From NCBI GenBank assembly GCA_036493955.1, contig DASXOW010000042.1, positions 2,996 through 66,995 of the forward strand: a stretch of DNA of 64,000 nt, written 5' to 3'. Below, in pieces: positions 9,183 to 17,895 of this stretch. The notes under the pieces are model-generated. The model searched no databases. It saw only the letters and a program-made list of their open reading frames with translations, and was not told the DNA's origin. Both the position numbers and the translations under genes were made by a program. Position 1 is the stretch's first letter, and each line of letters begins with the position of its first letter. The DNA comes from Gaiellaceae bacterium. GTDB lineage: Bacteria; Actinomycetota; Thermoleophilia; Gaiellales; Gaiellaceae.

Positions 9183-10454
9183 ATGGAGCTCAAGCGTCGG
9201 CGTGTCGTGGTGACGGGCCTCGGCCTCGTCACCGCCCTCGGCAACTCCGTCGAGGAGTCCTGGTCCGCGCTCCTCGCCGGACGCGGAGGCACCGGGCCGA
9301 TCTCGAGGTTCGACGCGACCGATTTCCCGGTCAGGATCGCCTGTGAGGTAGACGGGCTCGAGGTGAGCGACTACCTCGACCGAAAGACGGCCCGCCGAAT
9401 GGACCGCTGTTCGCATCTGGTCGTCGCCGCCGCCCGACAAGCCGAAGCCGACGCGTCTCTGGACGGCAACGTGCTCGGCGAGCGCGCAGGAGTCGCGATC
9501 GGGAGCGCACTCGGCGGCGTCGCGTCGTTCGAGGACACCGTGCTGCAGGTCGCCCGCAGAGGGCCGGATCGAGCCGGCCCGTTCTCGATCGTGCAGACCC
9601 TCCCGAACCTTCCAGCCGGCTGGGTCTCGATCGAGCTCGGCACCCGCGGCCCACTCCTCGCGCAGAGCACGGCATGCGCCGCCTCGAACATGGCGCTCGG
9701 TGACGGACTGGACGCCATCCGTCTCGGGCGGGCCGACGTGATGTTCTGTGGGGGCACGGAGGCACCGGTCACCGCGACAGCCGTGGCCGCCTTTGCCGCG
9801 ATGCGCGCCCTCTCCGCGCGCAACGACGACCCGTCGACCGCATCACGGCCGTTCGACCGAGATCGCGACGGATTCGTGCTGGCCGAAGGCGCCGCAGTCA
9901 TCGTGCTCGAAGAGCTCGAGCATGCGCAAAGGCGCGGCGCGCGCATCTACGCGGAGCTGGCCGGCTACGGGATCTCCTCCGACGCTCACCACGTCTCCGA
10001 CCCCGACCCGGCCGGCGTCAACCCGGCGCGCGCGCTGAAGATGGCCTTCGCTGACGCAGGCATCGACGCGGCCGATGTCGGGTACGTCAACGCTCACGGA
10101 ACCTCCACCCCCGCAGGCGACAGAGCCGAGACCCGAGTCCTGAAACTCGCGCTCGGCGACAACGCGTCGTCCCGCACCGCGGTCTCGTCGACGAAAGGCG
10201 CGACCGGCCACACTCTCGGTGCCGCGGGCGCCGTCGAAGCCGCGTTCACCGTCCTCGCGCTCCAACGCGGGACACTCCCGCCGACGATCAACCAGTACGA
10301 GACCGATCCGGACTGCGACCTCGACTACGTCGCGAATCGCGCGCGTGAACGGCAGGTCGACGTCGCCGCGTCCAACTCGTTCGGCTTCGGTGGTCACAAC
10401 ACGACGATCGTGCTCCGCCGCTGGGAAACGGCGGCGCCGGCGTCCCTTACGTAA
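9183..10454 (+). CDS. fabF: beta-ketoacyl-ACP synthase II
   Basis: 423 aa. N-terminus RRVVVTGLGLVTALG, active-site Cys context STACAAS, HGTSTP and GHTLGAAG motifs. Confidence 0.9.
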   Translation: MELKRRRVVVTGLGLVTALGNSVEESWSALLAGRGGTGPISRFDATDFPVRIACEVDGLEVSDYLDRKTARRMDRCSHLVVAAARQAEADASLDGNVLGERAGVAIGSALGGVASFEDTVLQVARRGPDRAGPFSIVQTLPNLPAGWVSIELGTRGPLLAQSTACAASNMALGDGLDAIRLGRADVMFCGGTEAPVTATAVAAFAAMRALSARNDDPSTASRPFDRDRDGFVLAEGAAVIVLEELEHAQRRGARIYAELAGYGISSDAHHVSDPDPAGVNPARALKMAFADAGIDAADVGYVNAHGTSTPAGDRAETRVLKLALGDNASSRTAVSSTKGATGHTLGAAGAVEAAFTVLALQRGTLPPTINQYETDPDCDLDYVANRARERQVDVAASNSFGFGGHNTTIVLRRWETAAPASLT

Positions 10455-10553
10455 ACTTCCTTTGCGCCTTCCGTCGCCCTGTGATCCTCAGTGGCGGGCA
10501 GCGATCTCGACTTCCCTGGCGCGAGCAGCGCGCCGGTGACGAACGGAGGTTGC

Positions 10554-10736
10554 GTGGATCCGGAAGCGTCGGATCTCTCGAATCAGGTCAGGTGTGCGCG
10601 CTGCCGGCGCGCACCGCGTGACGACGCCGATTTCGTCGGCTGGGAGGCGCTCGACCAGGGCGCCGTCTGTCCCGGCTGCCTGACGATGCACGAAGTCGCG
10701 ATGCGCCATCGACGGGACGAGCCGGCCGCCGGTTGA
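10554..10736 (+). CDS. small zinc-ribbon protein (60 aa)
   Basis: CxxC-x21-CxxC (CARC...CPGC). GTG start 4-5 nt after GGAGG. TGATG overlap with the next ORF. Confidence 0.4.
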   Translation: MDPEASDLSNQVRCARCRRAPRDDADFVGWEALDQGAVCPGCLTMHEVAMRHRRDEPAAG

Positions 10737-11197
10737 TGGCCAGGTCCCGAGAGTTCCAGTACGAAGTTGAGCTGACGACCGGCAGTGGCCGGCCTCGGAG
10801 CTTTCGCTACGTCGTATTGCAGCGACTACCGGACGGCCCGCAACTCCTTCGCTACCACTCCGACTGGTTCGTCGTGGAGACGATCGAACACCCGAAGGCT
10901 GCAACCTCCCTCGGAACGATCGCGGGCGTCGAGGTCGCGGATCTGATGCGCAACGACATGCGCGAGATAATCGCGACGGGCGAGCACTGGGACGAGGCGG
11001 CGCGTTCGCTCGCAAGGGACCGGACACGGTCGCTCCGGGGTCATTTCGTGAGGTGGTTGCTGGTGCTGCGCGACCCGCCGCTCCTGCGGATGGTCCGAGA
11101 CGATGGGACAGCGCTGCAGGAGATCCCGCTGCAAACCGACGTCGATCAGCCCGTGTATCAGGCGCTGCTCGAGGTGTCTCTCACCGCGGGCCGGTAG
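10733..11197 (+). CDS. hypothetical protein (154 aa)
   Basis: Coding-like composition and coupled to the upstream zinc-ribbon ORF. I recognise no family. Confidence 0.5.
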   Translation: MMARSREFQYEVELTTGSGRPRSFRYVVLQRLPDGPQLLRYHSDWFVVETIEHPKAATSLGTIAGVEVADLMRNDMREIIATGEHWDEAARSLARDRTRSLRGHFVRWLLVLRDPPLLRMVRDDGTALQEIPLQTDVDQPVYQALLEVSLTAGR

Positions 11198-11209
11198 GCG
11201 CCGTGGGTG

Positions 11210-11452
11210 TCACCACCGGCGCGGCTCAGCCGCGAGGGAGGTCACCACGCCGTGCTGATCGACCGAGATCACAAGCCGTTCGTCCGCCCGCCCCGGCGCC
11301 ACCCATCGCAGGACGAAGTGAAGGCGATGGCGGCGCACGATCACTGCCTGAATCCCGCTGCGCGTCTCGACCCGGAAGCCTTGACCGGCGCGGCGCGCCA
11401 GGTACGCGTCCAGCGCGGCCAACCGTGCGTCGGCAGCTTGCCCGATCGTCAT
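11210..11452 (-). CDS. hypothetical protein (80 aa)
   Basis: MTIGQAADARLAALDAYL... Its ATG overlaps the stop of the upstream ORF (ATGA). Last gene of a 4-gene minus-strand operon. Confidence 0.45.
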   Translation of the reverse strand: MTIGQAADARLAALDAYLARRAGQGFRVETRSGIQAVIVRRHRLHFVLRWVAPGRADERLVISVDQHGVVTSLAAEPRRW

Positions 11453-11838
11453 CGCTCTAGCGCTCGACCCAGTTCGCCGCCGACGAGCACGCTGATCGCG
11501 CACTGGCCGACGTGTACGACGAGCTGACCGTCGCTCTGCCAGAAGCCGCGCTCGAACTCGTCCGGTCGAATGACGAAGCCACTCTGGCGTGAGCCGACGT
11601 GGAAGAACAGCGTCTCGATCGCTTTGTCGTCCGCGCGGAGCAGCACCTCCTGGAGACGCTCGTCGAGCTCACCCCGCTCGAGCCGGCCGGCGACGATTCC
11701 GGAGATGAACGGCGCGCCGTTCGCGCCGGAGAACAGGACGAGTACCGGTCGGCCGATCAAGCTCAGCAGCGCCTCGAGCGTCTGCTCGTACCCGAGGTCC
11801 GCGACCCCCTCGAGCTCGCCGCCGCCGAACGTCGTCAC
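11449..11838 (-). CDS. hypothetical protein (129 aa)
   Basis: Coding-like ORF, overlap-coupled at both ends. I recognise no family. Confidence 0.55.
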   Translation of the reverse strand: MTTFGGGELEGVADLGYEQTLEALLSLIGRPVLVLFSGANGAPFISGIVAGRLERGELDERLQEVLLRADDKAIETLFFHVGSRQSGFVIRPDEFERGFWQSDGQLVVHVGQCAISVLVGGELGRALER

Positions 11839-12053
11839 CCAGTGTCGGCTTCTGCGTCGGCTCCTGCGTCTGCGTCTACATCTACGTCGGTGTCTGCGTC
11901 CACGTCCGCGCCGACATCCGCGTCTACTTCGGCGACCGGCTGCTCGCCGGCGTTGCGCCGCGCTTCCTTCTTGGCCTGTTTCATCTCACGCTTCTCGCGC
12001 ATCGCCTGCTCGCGCGCGCGCTTGAGGACGGACTGCGGGCTCCGTCTTCCCAT
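11835..12053 (-). CDS. small protein with a basic N-terminal helix and an acidic D-A/D-V repeat tail (72 aa)
   Basis: KRAREQAMREKREMKQAKKEARR followed by VDADVGADVDADTDVDVDADAGADAEAD. TGATG coupling to the upstream CSD-like gene. Confidence 0.5.
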   Translation of the reverse strand: MGRRSPQSVLKRAREQAMREKREMKQAKKEARRNAGEQPVAEVDADVGADVDADTDVDVDADAGADAEADTG

Positions 12054-12295
12054 CAGCGACGTCCCCGCGAACGCGCACGCCGCTCGGCGAACAGCGGTAC
12101 CACCGCGACGTTCACGGCCCGCGCCTCGACGCCGTCTGCAGCGCGATCAAAGCTCACGCGCATGCCTCGGCAGCCGTCCCCGAAGACCTGCCCGAGGGCA
12201 AACCCTTCTTCGTCGACACGCAGACGCTCGTCTTCATCTGTGCGGATGAAGCCGTGTTGCTTGCTTGGGTTGAACCAAAGCATCGTTCCTTCCAC
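12053..12295 (-). CDS. atypical cold-shock-domain-like protein (80 aa)
   Basis: MLWFNPSKQHGFIRTDEDERL resembles the CSD RNP1 region (WFN..KGFGFI). Confidence 0.6.
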   Translation of the reverse strand: MEGTMLWFNPSKQHGFIRTDEDERLRVDEEGFALGQVFGDGCRGMRVSFDRAADGVEARAVNVAVVPLFAERRARSRGRR

Positions 12296-12318
12296 TGCCG
12301 CTCCTTTCGGACGGCGCA

Positions 12319-12343
12319 GGGCCGCGAGGTAACCCCGCGGCCC
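12319..12343 (-). terminator. hairpin downstream of cspA
   Basis: GGGCCGCG (12319-12326) pairs with CGCGGCCC (12336-12343), 9 nt after the cspA stop on the minus strand. No clear U-tract. Confidence 0.45.
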
Positions 12344-12351
12344 GCACGCGA

Positions 12352-12555
12352 CTAGACGGCGACGACGCTCTTCGCCTCGGGGCCCTTTGCCCCGTCGACC
12401 GCTTCGAACTGAACCTGTGCACCCTCCGCGAGCGACTTGAAGCCCTCGCCGGAGATCGACGAGTGGTGGACGAACACGTCCTTGCCACCGTCAGCGGGGG
12501 TGATGAACCCATACCCCTTCGCATCGTTGAACCACTTCACGGTTCCGGTTGCCAT
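12352..12555 (-). CDS. cspA: cold shock protein
   Basis: 67 aa [20 protein letters not shown]...VFVHHSSI with canonical RNP1/RNP2. Strong SD (GGGGGAGGTG) upstream. Confidence 0.95.
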   Translation of the reverse strand: MATGTVKWFNDAKGYGFITPADGGKDVFVHHSSISGEGFKSLAEGAQVQFEAVDGAKGPEAKSVVAV

Positions 12556-12680
12556 ATACAAACACCTCCCCCACCACGAAAGAACGGGCAGGGAAGCGCA
12601 CACCGCGCAACCTGTACTCGCTCAGCTAGTGCCGGAACCGTAGCAGGCGCGGGAGCGCGGCACCGCTCCAGGCCTGGGAA
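12556..12680 (-). promoter_or_regulatory. long 5' leader / promoter region of cspA
   Basis: About 125 nt of non-coding sequence between cspA and the upstream gene's stop. Long structured leaders are typical of csp genes. No promoter boxes were confidently read. Confidence 0.35.
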
Positions 12681-13325
12681 TCACGCGCCCAACACGCCGT
12701 CTGGAGCGGCTGGATCCTCGGGCGGCAGGTCGCGCGACCACTTCGGATGGTGACGCTCCGCCCAGGCCGCGTCGACCCAGCCGCGCGTCATGCCGTTCAA
12801 CGCGTGGCGGGTGCTCGGGTGGATGACGGCGAGGTAGAGATGCCCGAGAAACAGCGCGAGCGAGATCTGAGTGAGCCAGTCGTGGATCAGGATCGTCTGC
12901 GCAAAGCGAAACGTCGTGTCGCGCTCGCCGAGCCAAAGGAGTGTGCCGGTGACCGCGAAGAGCAGCGCGAACGCAGCCGTGACCGCGGCATTGATCTTCT
13001 GCCCCGCGTTGAACCGCCCCTGTGGAGCCGGTCGGCGCCGCAGCCAGTCGCGGTCGTCCTGGTCGAACACGTCGATGTCATGCAGCGTCCTTCGGAGCGA
13101 CCGGCGATCGCCGGCGAGGACGACGGCGACGATCGCCGCCGCCCAGGCCACGGCCGTGTACACGTGGATGTCCTTCAGGAGTGGGCGCCTGCCGACGAGC
13201 TCCGCGAGGCTCGGAAGATAGAGCGCGAGGCCGGTCGCGAGCAGGACGAGAAACGCCGTCGCGTGCACCCAGTGCAGCGTGCGCTCGGTCCGCGTGAAGC
13301 GAAGCAGCCGCCGCTTCTCAGCCAT
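12681..13325 (-). CDS. membrane b-type cytochrome (MsrQ/FdnI-like partner of the Mo-enzyme)
   Basis: 214 aa, 4-5 TM with conserved His residues (TLHWVHA, IHDWL, GHLYLAVIH). 8-nt overlap with the upstream Mo-oxidoreductase gene. Confidence 0.75.
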   Translation of the reverse strand: MAEKRRLLRFTRTERTLHWVHATAFLVLLATGLALYLPSLAELVGRRPLLKDIHVYTAVAWAAAIVAVVLAGDRRSLRRTLHDIDVFDQDDRDWLRRRPAPQGRFNAGQKINAAVTAAFALLFAVTGTLLWLGERDTTFRFAQTILIHDWLTQISLALFLGHLYLAVIHPSTRHALNGMTRGWVDAAWAERHHPKWSRDLPPEDPAAPDGVLGA

Positions 13326-14004
13326 AGCCGTTCGAGCCCCCCACCCAGGCGTCCTCGTCGTAACCGAGGTTCTCCCAATACCCGGTCGGCTGTTCGGCGA
13401 CGACCTCGATTCGCTCGAGCCACTTCACGCCCTTGTAGCCGTACATCTCCGGGATCACGAGTCGTGCCGGTGCTCCGTGCGGTCTCGACAGGGGCGAGCC
13501 GTCGAGGTCGAGCGCGAGCATCACGTCCGGCAGAAGTGCCTGCTTGATCGTCAGCGAGTCCTCGTAGGGATGCTCGCTCGAGACGAAGCGCAGCGCGTGA
13601 GCCGACTGCAGCGGGCCTGCGAGATCGAGGATGTGCTGCAGCCGGACGCCGCGCCAACGGACGTTGTGAACCGTCCAGCCGGTCACGCAATGGAACGTCG
13701 ATACCTGGTGTGCCTCGGGCAGGCTGCGAAGGTGGTCATAGCTGAGCTTCAACGGGCGTTCGACGAGCCCGTCGACCGTCAGCGACCAGGTGTCACGGTC
13801 GAACACCGGCATCGACCCGGAGATCGTGTAGATGCGCCAGCCGCCGACCGGGAAGACGTTGCCGAGAAGCTGCGACCCCGCCGACGTGAGCGGCGAGAGG
13901 ACCCGGCTCGCCGCCGGCGCCCACGCGAAGGACGTCAGCCCACCGGCCAGCACGCCGAGAAAGACACGGCGGCCGTAACGACGCTCCAAGCGATCACCGG
14001 CCAC
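13318..14004 (-). CDS. molybdopterin-dependent oxidoreductase (sulfite-oxidase/MsrP family)
   Basis: Tat-like N-terminus (RRVFLGVLAGG) and the Mo-domain motif FHCVTGWT...RWRGV. Confidence 0.85.
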   Translation of the reverse strand: MAGDRLERRYGRRVFLGVLAGGLTSFAWAPAASRVLSPLTSAGSQLLGNVFPVGGWRIYTISGSMPVFDRDTWSLTVDGLVERPLKLSYDHLRSLPEAHQVSTFHCVTGWTVHNVRWRGVRLQHILDLAGPLQSAHALRFVSSEHPYEDSLTIKQALLPDVMLALDLDGSPLSRPHGAPARLVIPEMYGYKGVKWLERIEVVAEQPTGYWENLGYDEDAWVGGSNGYG

Positions 14005-14052
14005 TCTGATTCGACCCTCCTTCAGCCGGGACGTTACGCGTAAGGCGGCGCC

Positions 14053-14910
14053 CTAGGCGCGGATCGCGCTCAACAACGCGACGCACAAGGCGATCATGGT
14101 GATGCCCATGACCTGGGCCAGCCGTAGCCGCTCGCGAAAGAGCACGAACGCCGCGAGCGCCGCGAAGGCCGCGAACTGCGAACCGAGCACGGCGCTGACG
14201 GCGACGCTATGACGCGCGCCGAGGGAGAACGCAGCGAAGCCCACGACCTCACAGACGCCGGAGGTGAGGACGAGCGGGACAGCCGCTGCCTCGATCTTGA
14301 CCCGCCGGGCAATGAGCAACGGCAATGCGACGACGGCGACACCGACGATCCGCGGTGGGATCACCGCCCACACGAGCGGCAGCGCGTTGGACACGCGCGC
14401 GGTCGCGAACAGACTGAGACCGAAGCTGCAAGCCGCCGTGCCCGCGAGCAGCGAGGCCTCGATCGTGTGGCCCCCGCCCCCGCCCACGCCGCCGCCGCCG
14501 GACGAACTGAGGCTTGCAAGCACCACTCCGACCGCGATCAGTCCGAGGAGAATCGCGGACGAGACGCCGAGCGCCTCTCCGGTCGCGACCGCGAGCAACG
14601 CCGCGATCGCTCCCTCCGTGGAGCTGATCGGCGCGACGATCGACACCTTCCCACGGCGCATCGCCTCGTACGCGAGCAGCAGCCCAGCCACGTTGCCGGC
14701 CCCTGCGAGGACGAACCACAGCAGCTCTCGCCCGTGGAGATCTCCGGGGATCCCCGAGAACGCCGCAATCGGCGCCGTGATCGTCAAGCCGACCAGCATC
14801 ACCCCCGCGAGCACTGACCACGCACCGATCTTCCGGCTTGCCTGCGCTGCGCACAGCGTGGCCGTCGCCCAGCAGAGCGCAGCACCGAGCCCGGCGACGA
14901 TCGCGATCAC
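14053..14910 (-). CDS. EamA/DMT family transporter
   Basis: 285 aa, about 10 TM in two EamA-like halves separated by a Gly-rich linker. Confidence 0.8.
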   Translation of the reverse strand: MIAIVAGLGAALCWATATLCAAQASRKIGAWSVLAGVMLVGLTITAPIAAFSGIPGDLHGRELLWFVLAGAGNVAGLLLAYEAMRRGKVSIVAPISSTEGAIAALLAVATGEALGVSSAILLGLIAVGVVLASLSSSGGGGVGGGGGHTIEASLLAGTAACSFGLSLFATARVSNALPLVWAVIPPRIVGVAVVALPLLIARRVKIEAAAVPLVLTSGVCEVVGFAAFSLGARHSVAVSAVLGSQFAAFAALAAFVLFRERLRLAQVMGITMIALCVALLSAIRA

Positions 14911-15121
14911 CGATTCACACTACGAGGTTGACGCGAGCCGAATCACGTGAGATGGTTGTCGCGTCGAAGCCCGTAGCCCAAAGCTCTTCGGAGTCGAGGG
15001 TCGCGGGCTTCGGCATTTCTGGCTGCGCTCTCTGAGGAACTTCGAAGGTTGTGCGAGGGTGGCGCATAGGTGTGGGAGCGACCCTGGCGGGAGATCACTC
15101 ACATCCGAGGAGCGCACCGCC

Positions 15122-16156
15122 ATGACCGACATGAACAGCATCAGCCTCATGAGACTCCCACGACGCCTCCGCGGGCTCGGTGCCGCAGCGGCCGCCGCGC
15201 TCGCGGTTACCGCGATCACCGCCGGCTACGCGCTGGGTCAGTCGCAGTCGAAGCCGCGCGGCACAGGCGTGGTCGTGATCGAGACGAACCTCGCCTACCA
15301 GGGCGCCCGTGCTGCCGGGACCGGGATGGTCCTCAGTTCCTCGGGGAGGATCCTGACCAACAACCACGTCATTCGCGGCGCGACGACGATCAAGGTCGTC
15401 ATCCCAGGCACCGGTCGCAGCTACACGGCGAAGGCGGTCGGCTACGACGTGACCGACGACGTTGCGGTGTTGCAGACCTCCGGCGCGTCGAACCTGAAGA
15501 CCGTCTCTCTCGGGAACTCGGCCGGCCTGCAGGTCGGGCAGCTGGTCAAGGCGGTGGGGAACGCGGGCGGCGGCGGGACGCTCGTCAAGGTCGCGGGACA
15601 GATCACCGGGCTCTCGCGCACGATCACCGTGAACGACGACGCCGGCGGGACGGCAACGCTGCGCAACCTGATCGAGACGAGCGCCAATGTTCAGCCCGGC
15701 GACTCCGGCGGGCCGCTGCTGAACGCCGCGGGCAAGGTGATCGGCATGGACTCGGCCGCAGCGACGTCAGGCGCCTACCGCGACATGTCGACCATCGACG
15801 GTTACGCAATCCCGATCGACCGCGCGCTGGCGATCGCCCGGCTGATCACCTCGGGCAAGGCCTCGGCCACCGTCCATGTCGGCGCGACGGGCTTCCTCGG
15901 CATCGCCTCGGCCTCCGACAGACGACCGGGTGCAGTCGTCGCGTCCGTCGTCCCCGGCAGCCCCGCGGATTCCGCCGGACTGACGGAGGGGGACCTGATC
16001 ACGGCGATCAACGGCACGAAGGTCGTCTCGCCTGACGCGGTCAGCCGGATGGTCAGGTCGAAGAAGCCGGGCTCGAGGATCACCGTCGGCTACGTCGACG
16101 CAGACGGAACCAACCGGACCGCTCGAGTCAAGCTCGCCAGCGGGCCGCCGCAGTAG
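15122..16156 (+). CDS. secreted trypsin-like serine protease with PDZ domain (HtrA/S1C-like)
   Basis: Signal/TM segment, TNNHV (His), DVAVL (Asp), GDSGGPL (Ser), C-terminal PDZ (GLTEGDLITAINGT). ATG 15122 lies inside the 15059 track ORF. Confidence 0.85.
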   Translation: MTDMNSISLMRLPRRLRGLGAAAAAALAVTAITAGYALGQSQSKPRGTGVVVIETNLAYQGARAAGTGMVLSSSGRILTNNHVIRGATTIKVVIPGTGRSYTAKAVGYDVTDDVAVLQTSGASNLKTVSLGNSAGLQVGQLVKAVGNAGGGGTLVKVAGQITGLSRTITVNDDAGGTATLRNLIETSANVQPGDSGGPLLNAAGKVIGMDSAAATSGAYRDMSTIDGYAIPIDRALAIARLITSGKASATVHVGATGFLGIASASDRRPGAVVASVVPGSPADSAGLTEGDLITAINGTKVVSPDAVSRMVRSKKPGSRITVGYVDADGTNRTARVKLASGPPQ

Positions 16157-16166
16157 CCCCGAGCCG

Positions 16167-17150
16167 TCACCGGATCGGGGCGGTGCCGAGCGCGGGGAGC
16201 CGGCGGCCGGCGATGCGGTCGACCAGCGCCCCGGCGGCCGCGAGCCCGGCCGCGATCCGGTCGTGGCCGGGCTGACCCAGCACGACGCCGGTGATCGTCG
16301 TCCGCTTACCGCCGATCCAGCGGACGGCCCGGAAGGCGAAGCATCCACCCGCCGCCGCGTCGGAGCCCGTCTTGACGCCAACGAACCCGTCATGGCCGAG
16401 CAACGTGTTGGTGTTCTCGACGGTTCCGGCGATCGGCAGGGTCGCAGCGCGCGTCGACACGATGCTCGCAAAGACGGGCAGGCGCATCGCCCGGTCGACG
16501 ATGCGGACCTGGTCGGCGGCAGTCGACACGGTCGCGTCGTCGTAGCCGCTCGGGTCGGTGTAGAGCGTGTTCGTCATGCCGAGCGACCGTGCGGTCTCGT
16601 TCATCCGGACGACGAACTGACCTGTCGACCCGGCGTCCCACCGCGCGAGCACCGCCGCGATGTTGTTCGCGGACGGCAGGAGCAACGCCTGCAGCGCCTG
16701 CCGCTCGCTCAACACTTCGCCGTCGGCGACGGGCACGACCGACTCCTCTTGCCCCCGACGCCGCTCGGTGTCGGCTTCGTCGGCGTCGGTCAATGTGATC
16801 GCCGGTCCTTCCTCGCCGAGCCCGAGCGGGTGGTCACGGAGCACGAGATACGCCGTCATCACCTTCGCGACGCTGGCGATCGCAGCGCGGTGCTGGTGTG
16901 GGCCGGCCTGCACCGCCGACTGCCCGATCTGCACGGCAGCCTGACCATAGGCCGGCCACACCGTGCCGGGGAGCGCCTTGGCCGGTGAACGTGCGGCGAC
17001 GGACGACGACGAGAACACGAGCGCTCGAACGCCGAGGGCTGCGGCGATCCCCGCGACGACGGCCAGCAGTGCCGCGACGCGGCGCTTGCGGATCCGAATC
17101 CGACGGGTGGTCGTTCGTGCGTGCCTGCTGTAGGCCACACGCCCATTCAA
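16167..17150 (-). CDS. D-alanyl-D-alanine carboxypeptidase (peptidase S11)
   Basis: N-terminal TM, SxxK (ASVAKVMT), SAN (LLPSANN) and KTG (VKTGS) motifs. Confidence 0.8.
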   Translation of the reverse strand: MNGRVAYSRHARTTTRRIRIRKRRVAALLAVVAGIAAALGVRALVFSSSSVAARSPAKALPGTVWPAYGQAAVQIGQSAVQAGPHQHRAAIASVAKVMTAYLVLRDHPLGLGEEGPAITLTDADEADTERRRGQEESVVPVADGEVLSERQALQALLLPSANNIAAVLARWDAGSTGQFVVRMNETARSLGMTNTLYTDPSGYDDATVSTAADQVRIVDRAMRLPVFASIVSTRAATLPIAGTVENTNTLLGHDGFVGVKTGSDAAAGGCFAFRAVRWIGGKRTTITGVVLGQPGHDRIAAGLAAAGALVDRIAGRRLPALGTAPIR

Positions 17151-17223
17151 GGAAGCGCCGTGTTGCAGGCGCGTCTCGCGTTTTCGATACGCCGGCGATA
17201 CGCACCGCCTCTAGCATCGGGGC

Positions 17224-17895
17224 ATGCGCGTGTTGGTCGTCGAAGACGAGCCGTACATGGCGGAAGCGCTCCGCGACGGCCTGCGCCTCGAGGCGATCGC
17301 GGCCGACGTCGCCGCCGACGGCGACAGCGCCCTCGAGTTGCTGAGCCTCAACGACTACGACATCGCGGTCCTCGACCGCGACGTTCCCGGACCGAACGGC
17401 GACGAGATCGCGAGACACATCGTGGCCTCCGGCAGCGGCACGCCGATCCTCATGCTCACCGCCGCCGACCGTCTCGACGACAAGACCTCGGGGTTCGAGC
17501 TCGGCGCGGACGACTACCTCACCAAGCCGTTCGAGTTCCAGGAGCTGGTGCTCCGGCTCAGAGCACTCGACCGTAGGCGCGCCCATAACCGACCGCCCGT
17601 TCGGGAGATCGCAGGGCTGCGGCTCGATCCGTTCCGCCGCGAGGTCTACCGCGATGGCCGCTACGTCGCACTGACCCGAAAGCAGTTCGCCGTGCTCGAA
17701 GTCCTGGTCGCCGCGGAAGGCGGTGTCGTGAGCGCCGAAGAGCTGCTGGCACGGGCGTGGGACGAGAACGCAGACCCGTTCACGAACGCCGTACGCATCA
17801 CCGTCTCCGGGCTGCGCAAACGACTCGGCGAACCGTGGCTCATCGCGACCGTTCCCGGCGTCGGCTACCGCATCGAGGACGTCGATCGTGGCTAG
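17224..17895 (+). CDS. OmpR-family response regulator
   Basis: MRVLVVEDEP...DRDVPGPNG...TKPF plus winged helix (VRITVSGLRKRL, PGVGY). Confidence 0.9.
   Translation: MRVLVVEDEPYMAEALRDGLRLEAIAADVAADGDSALELLSLNDYDIAVLDRDVPGPNGDEIARHIVASGSGTPILMLTAADRLDDKTSGFELGADDYLTKPFEFQELVLRLRALDRRRAHNRPPVREIAGLRLDPFRREVYRDGRYVALTRKQFAVLEVLVAAEGGVVSAEELLARAWDENADPFTNAVRITVSGLRKRLGEPWLIATVPGVGYRIEDVDRG

Noticed and set aside
11845-11945. Short GAC/GCG/GTC periodic DNA repeats as a VNTR or non-coding repeat.
   Set aside because: They lie in frame within an overlap-coupled ORF and encode its acidic D-A/D-V tail. I interpret them as coding low complexity.
14470-14500. A poly-Gly-encoding GC run inside the EamA transporter gene as a possible slippage or phase-variation tract.
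   Set aside because: It is a heterogeneous GGN/GCC mix rather than a homopolymer or perfect short repeat, and is consistent with an inter-domain linker.
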